A program made the translations under genes and the position numbers. A stretch of DNA of 64,000 bases from Iphione sp. A-MEVVRFRX5 (Eukaryota). The notes below the pieces were generated by a model, which saw nothing but the letters and a program-made list of their open reading frames with translations, was not told where the DNA came from and did no database searches. The DNA lies in assembly GCA_976226885.1 (NCBI GenBank), contig OZ320313.1, positions 52,080,001 to 52,144,000 of the forward strand. Direction: 5' to 3'. This document shows positions 12,901-24,618 of this stretch, in pieces; the first letter of the stretch is position 1, and every line of letters starts with the position of its first letter.

Positions 12901-15900
12901 TCAGAGGACGACGACTTACACTTGTTACTCCATCCACGGCTTGAAATAAAATTTGGGTGACGCCGTGGATACCATATATTCACCACATGGTTGAATAGTA
13001 TTGGCACTGAACTACAATATTATGTATTTAACTAGATGATAATATGCCTTTGTAAAACAAGTACATTTGGTATTTCATTTCATAAGCATCTCCTTCAAAA
13101 GTTCCTTTTTAACAGAACTGTTTTTATACTCTACTGCTTTTCCTGATGTACTAGTGCTGATGTACTCTTTAACTACAGTCGATTTAATGTAAGTGTATAG
13201 AATATACAAAGGCGTAGACAGATTAAAGTACCATTTTACTTCCGCACAATACTTCACTGAATTCTTATTCATTACGGTAATTAATGGTTAAAGGAAGAAA
13301 TGAGAAAATAATATCTCGATATGTGTGCTCTTTGAAGCGGCGGTGGTGTGTTGGAAGAAGGAAAGGCAAAGAGAACAAACTCAAATTCATAAGACAACCC
13401 AGACCTAGCAAAAAGAAATGTACACCGAAACTAGAAAAAGTAGATCAATGTGGAAATCAAGGCATACCACCATTACAGAGGAACGGAGGAATACACATGG
13501 GCCCGTTGTCCCGGCACCCTGCCATCCCCAACGTGCCGTCAGAGACGTTATCTGATCCGTGAGGGATTTACACAAACACCCCCTCACGCCCCACTTCTCC
13601 ACCACCCCGCCTGCCCATAGCACCGCTCGTCGACTGGTATTGCACACCCTCGTGTTACTCCTGAGCCCTCCCTTCCTCACCACTCCCATCCTTCTCCACC
13701 CACCCTGTGAGGGCATCCGTTGCTCAGTTTGCACACCGTAGGAACCGGGTAGTTATAAGCCAGTGTACCACCGTTAAAAAAGGTCTTATCCCCGGCTCTT
13801 CGTGAAGCGTACCGCCCAATAGCACTATTATTTAGTGATCCATGCTGTGCCTCCTCGCCAGTGCCATGTCAACTTAGACATTTGCCGTGAAATGTTCAAG
13901 CAAATAATCATTTCTGTAGTTACTTTCATCAGAACGTAGTTCTACAACTATGTCGTATAATGCATAGCGCTACACGAGTGTGTCAGTGTACAAACGTGCG
14001 GTTACTTTGTAGTGTTAGGTTGAAATGATATTTTGCATTCAGTGTACGTGTATTCAGTCGGAGTAAAGCCTTATTTATCCATTCTGAGCATTTTCACCGC
14101 GCGATCATAGGGTTATTATTTCCGGTTCTTCCCGCGAGGTGTCTAGCAAATAAACGATTCTCCTCAAGGTCTTGTTACGCCAGTGATTTTTTCTCCACTG
14201 TAAAAGTGAACAAGAAGACCGTCTACTTCCAGTGCGACATGGCGCCAGAGCGAACGAGGCACCTTTTGCGCCGCCTGTTCATTCGCATCTCGATTAGAGA
14301 AGGATGAATTGTTAGTGTAAATGCAGTTCTCTTCCCTCATCCTTTCCCCAGGCCTCTTATATCAGCCGCCAACCCCGAGTAGCCCTGCAGAGTAGTCAAT
14401 AGCATTTTATAAATGAGCGCTCAGGGCGTCTAATCCAATGAGACCGCAATCATACCAATCTATTTGACGCCATCCCTTATTAGCCGATAGAAGGGTTGGG
14501 AAGATATGGGAGGATTAAGAAAAGAGAACAAAATTGAATGGAAAGAAACTGTAAGCAATATTGGATGTGTGGTGACTAGATGGACCCGAACACAGCACCG
14601 GGGGGCGGGGGGTCTGAGATTATCAAGTGCTGATATGAAGTGCGAGTTCCTAATTGCATCCGATTCTTATTCAGCATATGGGCTAAATTTTAGCCTGGTC
14701 TTGCAGAGGCCTACGGCGCCTAGTTTATTTAAGAGTATCGTGATATTATCATTTAAGCTATAATTTTATATCCATCACCTTTCAGCGTCATTCACAGTAT
14801 AAAAGGCGCACTCCGGTGCTGAACAGGAAGGTAAATTATAGTATTTAAGTGTGAAAGGAGAGAAAGGACAGAACTATCGGATTTCATATAATTACACAAA
14901 TCCACCCAAATAGTCGCATATTTAGGCCGACGGAGGAGTCCGTCGGGAGGCAGAAGTGTGTGTGCCTACATCAGAAAACAGTTTGATCTATATAACAAAC
15001 AGAGGAGTCTTGTGGTTGCCGTCGGTAGCCTCAAGAGGAGTGGTATACATACACATATACGTCAGTACGAATATATTGATTTGTTCGGCGTTAATAATAA
15101 ACACTTCGTTAAGTATGACGTCATTATATGGAGCAAGGGTTTTTGGAAATTTCAAAGAAGACATTCATGCCAATGTGCACGCCACCGTCATCAACATAAA
15201 TCATCATCGCTCTTGTTACAGCATCATCGTTATACACAGTGTACATGCACACGTATGTGTGTCCATAGAATGTATTATCGCCCGAGCACAAAAACTGATT
15301 CATTAGAGGCACTAGTAATGCATTTTGGCATTAGTTTGTGTAGGAGCCACCATGTCCGTTCTTCATTTCATCCCTGAACCAGTTATCACCCAGTATGGGT
15401 GGCTCTGTGGCATTCGACAGCGGCGCCTGTCGCTTACGATTTGTACAGAAATTACCCACGCCTCGATTGGATGTTGCAGTCGTGGCGCTTTTTGCATAGT
15501 AGCAGGGCATTATTGATTCTTTAAGGCTCGCCCAATGAGACTGACTGTACTTTCGTTTTTGTTATTGAGACATAAAAGCCTCGGCCATGTCCAATAAATA
15601 CGTCTGAACGCGCGTGGGAAGCCACACTCAAAAGGCTCGCCACCTGAAGATGTTAGGCAATTGCTTTTTTCCCCGGTGATCGTAAGGGAAATGGCCTACG
15701 GTCGCTTTTTAATTCTAATCCGCCCTGTCATGGACGTTTTTAATCCATCCACTCATTTGCCAATGTTTCTGCACCGGTGCTTCGGCTAGGAAGCCACAGT
15801 TATTCTCGGAAGCCAGTGGAATTTCAGCATCAAGTATTGGGATGCAAATCTCATGGTTCCTTTTACATGTACTTGAGGTGCTCGGCCGCAGCAAACCGCG

Positions 15901-18900
15901 GAGCCCCAAAGTGCATTCACTCTTGTGTCAGGACCTCTTGTACATCCCTGGCAGTGAGCAGTTTTCCCACTACTTCTAATACAAAGTAAGATAATCGAGA
16001 TCTGTAATAAATGCGGCTTGTTTCATTGTAGATTGAAGCTCCCATCACACTCCCCAGTACCTTCATAATATAATATTGCAGGAACACGCATGTAAGTGAT
16101 TTAGAGTGTATATTTCCTTCTTGGACGTCATGACGTCTGATCTTGATTTTTTGTTTATCTTGTTTTATTGAAAAGTTCTCATCAGACTGAATATAGCCAT
16201 ATACACGTATACGCACTCAGCAGCATCAATCATCCATGTTGTGGAAATTTACATTCACTTGAAGAAAGAGGAGAAGCGGTTGGCATGCTCGTGACACAGT
16301 TGGTGAGAGGTGATGACAGCTTCGAGAAGTAAGCTACCTTGCTGCCCTGGGTGGCCCCCTCGATTCCAACCCCACTCCAGGGGGGAAACCAATATTTCTT
16401 CTTGCGTACGAAGACGCTAGAACAGACGCTGAGGCTTGTTCCCCTCGCGTTTATGGAAAGTTTGTATGATACGTAGCGCGTGCTTAGCGGTGGGGGCGTG
16501 TGTTTGCTTGTCTGTGACGGACTGGGAGCGGGAAGGCAGATGGCCCACAGACAGACAGATTGGGGTCGCCCAAGTAGATCTCGACCTGCCAGTCCCTCTT
16601 CTCCAAATGCTTGTCGAACTGGTCGCTTCTTTTCAATCGGATCGTTCGTGACTTGTTCTAGCTAGATGCTAACAAATATTTTTGGTCACAGTCCAAACGA
16701 CCCTGTCTGAGAGCAATACTACCCAAATAAACGTGGGTGCAGAGAGCAACCTACTGGAAAATAGGCGAATGGATCTTTGTCGAAATATATAAGGTCACTT
16801 GACTAATGTATAGAGTAATAAAGGATGTCTATATTGACTTCTGTGTGGCTACTGTACAAATGAAACCAGCTTGAAAAGAAATGCTATTTTCAGAATAACA
16901 GCAGTTTTATGACTTCGAAAAGCTGTATACAGAGTGGGTTTAATGCAAGATGTTTGCCCCCATCTTCCTCTTGCGTCTACACCTTTTAACACTGGAATGT
17001 GAGAGGAGCAGATGTGGCCTTCCTCACAAAAAAGAAAAAAGATGAAGCGACAGATGAGATCAGGGGTAGGAGAAGCAGAAAGCTTTCCCTTCCATGGGGA
17101 GGGTGTGGATGTGGTGGGTTTGGCCCAGACGGTAAGGTTTGCTGAAACTCTGTGGCGTGATGAACGAGGATCCTGTGCCTGTCTTGTTTACCTTGTGCCG
17201 GTTGTAGACGGAACTAGGCCATTCGCCCTCCCTTTTAGCTCTTCCCCTTCCTTCGCAGCGTCCTGCTTCTCATGCTCAGAACTGCTCGGGACACGGACCT
17301 TATCTTCCAGGTCAATTCCCTGGAGCAGTTCATGTAGCCCCTTATTCGAGGGAAAGCTTTGAATAAGCAAGTCAATCCCGATTGCTTTCACCGCTACAAC
17401 CTATGCTATTATCTACTAATCATTTGAGACGAGTTCCTATATAATAAGCAAAGGCAGACCATCTGCCGAGAAGGGTTGGCTGCATCCTCAACCATGGTTG
17501 GAATAGAAGCACTTGAATATTTACCAAGAACCTCTTACACCAGATGTCGACATGTGTGTTGCCTTCAGCTATTATTAAGATATTATTCCAAAGAAAATGA
17601 TATGTTATTCAGATAGATTACAGATGAGGCTACCAGTATTTCCGATGAGTAGATCGGTAGGACGTGAAGTAAATTAGCATTAGCAGAGCGCCACTGATAG
17701 AAAGACGAACAATTTGTGGACTGAACTGTGACAATACTAAAATGTACCTGGAGGGAGTAGCCTTGGTTGAATTAGGTGATGAGTTGTTGGGAGAGGGAAA
17801 TACGTCGGTCAACAGGGCAAGGAGGCCAAGTAACAATGCCTTTGTCGGAAGTGCAAACTTCTCACAGGCATGATCCCATTGAAAACCTTACACAGTATAC
17901 CTTTGAAGCTTGTCTTGCAAGGACAGCCCTAGGGATCACTGTCATCCTGTTGTCGACGTCTGAACCGTCCCGTTTTCACTCTTACCTAACTAACTACCTA
18001 AGAGACGCATAATTCCAGAGGAAAAAACACGTTAATTGCCCCCCCCCCCTCCCTTTTTCGTAATATCTTATTATCTACTGCAACATAAAATCTTACCACC
18101 ATGCTTTCTAGTTTTTAACACACAGTACCATCAGGAAGTCTTCTAATCATTTCTATAATTAAGTGAAGACAAGGGTAATACGGTTTCCATAGTTTGCCAG
18201 ATACCTTACTGTCCAGCTAATAAAACGTTCGGACCTAATTTCACTATTAATAACATCTGACCAACCGACCATTTGTTAGTCCTTCCTTTCTTTAGGTGCG
18301 GTACTTAATAGGTAAGTATCGTTTTACACGCTCGTCGTGATAAGGGACCGACAACCGAGCCGCCCCCACCATACTACAAAATGTAAGTCAGGTACGCTTA
18401 CCTGAGTGGCATCATTGTCTGCAGTGCATCACCTGTGCCTTACCTGATGACGATCAGAGGACCCGCGGTCGCCTCCTCGGCGCTATTTATACACTTTAAC
18501 TTCGGCTTTTTGCGTGTATGGACACCACTATAATACAAAGCAGCAGTCAGCAACCGAAGTATGTCAACTAGGCGATGAGATGTTTTGTGAAATTTTAAAC
18601 GTTGAGCACCTAAGCCGTATTTATCAAACGGATCCATAGTCTTTCAATGGATTTCCCATAGGTTAGCATAGACACAGTCATAATATAGTCAGCGTACCTT
18701 TCTATCCTTTTTCGCCACTCACTCATAGTTCTGCATTACCTATTCTTGTCCCCGGGGTTTCGGTATGGCATCGCAGTGGAGAAGGGTGTGGCCTCACAAT
18801 GCAGAGGGGTCATCAAGTGTGTCCTCCAGGTGAGGTCGATCTCTTCTGTTGGCAGCCATTTTAATGGAGCGGGGGGGGGGGGTCGGGTGGTGGGCACTCC

Positions 18901-21900
18901 CTGGTTCTGGCGACACCATGACGGCAAGTTGGAGGTGGATAAAGGCAACTGGGGAATGTGTTAGGGTTGGTCGTAGAGAGAATGGTAACATGTATCGAGC
19001 GGCACGACGCTCAGGTAGAAGATGGGGAAAATTTAGCGTAGTATTGTGTGATTTTTCTCAATGACGACGATAGACCCTATTTTGCACTGCTCAAGCTAAG
19101 AACGTTATTATCGTTTCCACTATTGATAGGATGAGAAAACTACGCATTGACTGTGCTTTCTCTTTTTGCTTTGAAAGCGATAGTTCGGGGAATGGATGAA
19201 TGAAATCAATTATTTGACGAAAAGAAAACAATTGACAAAACAATTAGATGATGTACACAATGATAGTCACATCCAGCGGATGAAAAGCTGAGTTGAAATT
19301 ATGGGCAGTTTTTCAATGCCGACAACAATACATGTAAATGGTTCACAAAAGCCACGGTCCGTCCACTTGGTCCAAGCGGCTACGTTTGTGAACTGTATAA
19401 TATGAAAACGTTCGTCAGGACATTTTTGTTATGCATAGATAGCATTTAACAGGGGTGGGCACAGCGTTGCCTACTTCCACCGTATCTATTGATCACTGCT
19501 AGCCAGTACAAACGCCGCTACCGCGAACTACATCTCCAATGGCGGCTCCAAAATGACATTCCCATCCATCACTCTGGTCCCCTTGCAACCTCCAACGCGT
19601 CGACAGTGTGTGCTTAACGTGCAGCTCCGCCTGGCGACAGGTCCTGACATTGGTCGTGCGTTCTTTGTAGCCCGCCGGGACACACCTCATCGAGAGGTAT
19701 GTGATAGTGGTGGCACCTGACGTCTAACATGGTTACAGAGTGCCCACGGCCGGACCGGGGCTGCAAGACGTTGTGCGATTGGCGACTGGCCCCTCAGCGT
19801 TTGACAGCTAATAAACACAATATGTGAAATGTGATGAGAAGCACGGAGGTGCATAAAAATATTTTAAAAAGGTCTATTGCATCCTCACTTCATTACCTGC
19901 AGGAGAGGAAATAAGGGAATGAAATCTGTGTACATTTTTACATGTGAACGTTCCTGGCAATATAGATCGTATCGGCGTATTATACGTAGACATATATTTT
20001 GGCTTTTCTATAGACGTGTATCTGTGGAAGTGATTTTCGGGACCATATTACGGTTGTCAGAATTACTTCAGTGGATTATACTCTCTTGAATGTAGGGATA
20101 GTCTGTTTTTAGTACACACCCTCAAACATAAGAAAAGGAAATAAAAGCAATAAGATGTAATTTAGACGTTGTTTCAGGTACGGTTACATAAAACAGTATC
20201 CGAACGTAATCCATCCTTATTTCTCTGAAACTTTTCCTGGATCTTAGTTCCGGTCCTGTTTTATAGAATCCTCTTTTCCGAATAAGTTGTCCAAAACTAC
20301 TTATGTCTCGGGTCAAAGTGGCTCAGTGAGCCCCAAAAGCGACACCTGTTGATCTAGGGAGGATCTTCACACCTTTGGACCTCTGTCCTTGGTGCTGTTT
20401 GATCCACATGACCTGGAGTACTCGCTGCCTGTCACGAAAGTGATGGATGAGCCCTGCGAGTAGCTCACCACCCGGTGCCTTGTAGAGATGGGCAATTCCG
20501 GAGCGGCTCGCTCACCGTCGCCATGGCGACCGACCATGGAGGCCAAACTGCACGTGATCATGCCCTGCCGTAAGCACTCTTGTGGGCCAGGGGAAAACTA
20601 ATGAGAACGAATGAAAAGAATACGACCAAGCTTCAAGAGTCCAAGGAATGAGGTTAAGGGATGGGCAGTGATCTCCTAAAATAATTTCTTTTTTTCTTAA
20701 ATCCTCAGCAGTAATGAAAAGTACAAGGCAGCTTTGTCTTATCAGGTCTGTCCCTTAGGTCTGAATATATCTACTTCTCTTTTTCAAATAGTAAATTTGT
20801 AGCCTCGTTGCTCTAGCGGCGAATGTCATAACTTGGATGCCGACCACCAAGCCTAAAGCCCCCATGCCTCCGTATCATCAGATATGCTGTCTAGCCACCA
20901 CCTATTACAGTCATCCGGAACCACAGCCTTTAAGTCCGGGTAAACAAGCGGTTTCTATTGTCGGACCAGGGTGGCTTCTATATCGCTGTCCTTTCACTAA
21001 TGGCCCAGTACCAAACGGCAACGGCCCACCCCGCTCCCCGTGGACAAATTGTCAATTTGGTGGTTGATAGCGACAGCCTGTTGGTGATGGGCGGAGCTGG
21101 TGTCCGTGATGATTGTGGTGGTGCTAGTGGTGGTGAGGGTGGTGGTTGATGGTGGCCATGGTGATTGCTGTGGTAGCTAATGACAAGCCAACCACCCAGG
21201 AGGAAAGGACCATAGTCGCCGTTGCACTGCTGCTACAGTTGCCACCAGTAGTTATCCTGACTTTGAATTGTATAACAGCGATAAGGACGTTTGATGCACA
21301 GTACAAAGAGCAAAAATGATAGAGAGTCCACCCTTCTCGAGTTATTCCATCGTTACACACGAACGTTGAATGCATCTATTTTGATAGGGGACGTATCGTT
21401 TCCCTTATGATAATTATTGGGGAACAGGGGAAAGACATTCAACAATGGATGAGCTATTCTTTACTTTCCGAGCTACATGCACCTCAGATTATTTTAAGAA
21501 AAAAGTGAGACATTACATTTATTTGGTGACTCACTGTGGTTAATATGAAAATGATGTCCTCAGTTGGCGAACGCCCCCAAGCCAGTCTAGCACTAGCAGG
21601 ATGTCTAATCCAAACTTTCCATTTTGCCGAGCATCTCCCAGCTTGAGTTTCTTCTTTTTGTTTCTTGCACGTCTTTGTCTCTGCCCTCACATCCATCGCA
21701 TCCATCTCCATCAGTATTGCTATTTGTCATAGGTACAATTCGGTACGACCCAAGGGATTCATTGCAAGGGACGTGGTAGAGAGGATACATCATGATTGTG
21801 ATAAACTCACTCACTGTCTCCGTATTCGGACATTTCATTTAGAGGCATCCAGCGCCAGAAAAGAGCGACTTGTTCGGCATTTTCCCGAGATGGGGATATT

Positions 21901-22149
21901 CAGGGCATTTAGCCGGTGCCTTTGTCTGATAAGGACCAATAGCTATTAAATGATGTATTGCGTTCTTTCCATACCAAAATAACTGCTGATACAAGTTGTT
22001 ATCGTTACCATTTGCGCGGTCCTATCAGTCATCTCAGCGGGGGCTGTTTTCATTGGAAGCTGATGTATTTTCTATGCGTGCACTCCAAACAGTAATTTTT
22101 GTCATGGAATTATTTCCCTGTATTAAACGGTCCGTTCGGTTTTTGTTTA

Positions 22150-22650
22150 TTTGACAACATGGCGTATTATATCGTAATGAATCAAGTGGATGCAGCTGGT
22201 AGCTGAGCTGTTGTTCGGAAGCTGCCACAACACATTTTGTCGGCTCTGCAGCCCGAGCATATAACAACCCATCTCCGAGCTCTCGCCGTGACTCGTCAAG
22301 CAAGCCCAGGACACGGACATATTCCCCCCCAAGCGGTGACTGATGCGGCTGGTCGGTAGAGATAGGGGGAGTTTGGGAGGATTAGTCGGCCGGATTACCT
22401 TAAATCTCTCGGTGAAGGCAGCATTGCTAGGCGACGGGTCCGGTCGCGCATGCAGGCCGTAGCGTTTCGCCGTCGTCATTTCCGCTTCCTGCCAGTCGCC
22501 ACACAAGGTGTTCGTCAAGAGGGGCTTCGCGGGCTGTCTTAGATTCATTGTTGTGAGGGTAGAATGCCGTTTCCGTTGTCACTGACACAAGGGGCGCCTT
22601 CAAGAACAGATGGCTTGATGTCTACGCAAAACTCAAGTCAATACGTGAGC
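22150..22650 (+). promoter_or_regulatory. CpG-rich promoter-like region (possible internal mbnl promoter)
   Basis: YY1-like AACATGGCG (22156-64), NRF1-like GCGCATGCA (22446-54), tandem ETS TTCCGCTTCCTG (22480-91), donor-like TAC|GTGAGC at 22645. Confidence 0.4.
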
Positions 22651-23959
22651 CTCTTGTATAGAATATATTTGCGTCGTAAAGATATCTTACTTTCTGTATC
22701 ATCACTATGTATCACGATACTTCTTCCGGCATTCGCTTATGCTGCCTCTTCCTGTTTGTCCAACCTCACTTGACCTGTCTCACTCGCTCACTCCATCTGT
22801 TTTCCCATTTTGCCTCCAGTCACGTTACCTATCCAGCCATCTCTTGCCTTCCATTTTCTGTTCTCTGCTTATCCCTCTATTTCCTTTCTGTGTACTGCTG
22901 CTAGACTATGATGTGTCTCTATCTCCCGCCCCACCTGGCCCGCACTGATAAGGCGACCAGGTCAGCCTTAGATGCACTGTGGTCAGCACAGTGCAGCTGA
23001 GCCCTTAGGGCCTGGGTCGCCACTCTCTGGGGTGTCACCTGATTGACTTATCTTGTCGTGGCTATCTACGACAACGCGCGCATTGGGGCACTGATCGGAG
23101 CATTGTCGATCGCTAGAGGGGCAGACGCTTTATATGAAGCAGAATGGGGCTGGAGGCGCCAGAAGAGTAGATCGGAAGGGATCTCTCCCCGACTCCCAGA
23201 ACTGGCGAACACTTCTGCTTAGATCAGCAAACCTTTCTTGCCACCAAGATAACCACCTCCCCGTCTCCTTGATGTACTTGCTGTCACCAGCAAGAAAGGT
23301 GCCGCTTCAACCGCGTCCTCATGCCAACAATGGAAACGGTCCACCGACCCTTCACCCTGGCTACCCAGCACCGATAACCGAAAAGAGGACAGAATGCTCC
23401 AGACCCCACCTCAAGGTTTCTGTCGCCCACAGGTGACTAGCGCCAACAGTCTAGACCCTCCGTTCTAACTCGAGCGAAAAATCAATACGGCGAGCCAATG
23501 TCATCCGTCTTCACCAAGGGGCACATCTTGCAGGGGGCGCTGCGATCTCGCACCGCCTTCAAGGCCACCAGGGGAAGCAGGCACCTCCCCAATGACTCTC
23601 CTCCCCCACCTCCTCAGAACGCTATGGATTTCTCATTTCTAGGAGGTTGCTAAGCAACTCCATCCTTGTATGGCGTGTCAGCGTTTGCGCTCTTTTTGCC
23701 ATCTTTATATTTATCTTTACTTTTTGGTCTCCTCTTTCTTCACCGCCCCCCCCCCACACACACACGTTTCCATCGTTCGGTGTTATCAGCAAGTGGTCTG
23801 CAGGGCTTGAATGCTCCAGAGACGCTCGATCTGCACAGGAAGGGAGCGGGGCTTGGGGTGGGAGAATTCGTGGAGGACTGGGTTGTGGGTGTCTAATGAC
23901 GACCAACGGATACGTCCAGAGTACGAGGGCAAACACGTCAGCGACCCATGCCTGCGACA

Positions 23960-23965
<6 letters not shown>

Positions 23966-24003
<38 letters not shown>
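23966..24003 (+). repeat. (GT)n microsatellite
   Basis: About 19 uninterrupted GT units. Confidence 0.97.
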
Positions 24004-24006
<3 letters not shown>

Positions 24007-24465
24007 TTTCGTTGTGGCTGTGTGTGGAGGGAGGATGGTTGTATAGTAGATTGCCGTAACAGGAGGGTGCGTGATGGGTCGACGTCGTGGACGTCGGCAT
24101 GCAGGCGGCACTCAGCCCAATGAAAGCCATCCCACGCCTGTCGCCTCCATGCCGCTATCCCTACCGTCGCCACACGACTCAAAGCCCCGTCTGACACACC
24201 CTCTAGTCCCCAAGGGAGGGATGCTTCTCCCACCGCCGACGGCGCCGCTGCAAGGAACCCTGTCCGATTAAAAGATGATATATCATATCTTTCTCGTCTC
24301 ACGTTCGCGTGGCCTGGCCTATGGGAAATAGCCCTTGCGGTGGATTATGCGGATAGTGAACACTTACACTGTGGTGTGGGTTTAGGTGGTTCATGTAGAT
24401 ACAAGCCATTTCGTCTCATCCAATTTACATGTACTTGAGTGTCAATCGAATGAAACTCTTTAAAA

Positions 24466-24618
24466 NNNNNNNNNNNNNNNNNNNNNNNNNNNNNNNNNNN
24501 NNNNNNNNNNNNNNNNNNNNNNNNNNNNNNNNNNNNNNNNNNNNNNNNNNNNNNNNNNNNNNNNNNNNNNNNNNNNNNNNNNNNNNNNNNNNNNNNNNNN
24601 NNNNNNNNNNNNNNNNNN
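24466..24618. other. Assembly gap (153 N)
   Basis: Run of N characters; true size unknown. Confidence 1.

Noticed and set aside
13000-13270. AT-rich segment with agtac/tactt motifs resembling hAT-type MITEs
   Set aside because: No TIR pair or target-site duplication could be identified.
14798-14836. TATAAAAG box with upstream CCAAT motifs as a promoter
   Set aside because: The expected TSS would fall about 3 nt before the next donor (14831), giving an implausible first exon; no further support.
21100-21200. GGT-rich stretch encoding His/Thr or Gly/Val runs
   Set aside because: Low-complexity trinucleotide drift with no splice context.
23622-24302. Longest ORF in the track (226 aa, minus strand) and overlapping ORFs
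   Set aside because: They run through the (GT)n microsatellite (HTHT/CVCV runs) in GC-rich, stop-poor DNA and show no recognisable domain.
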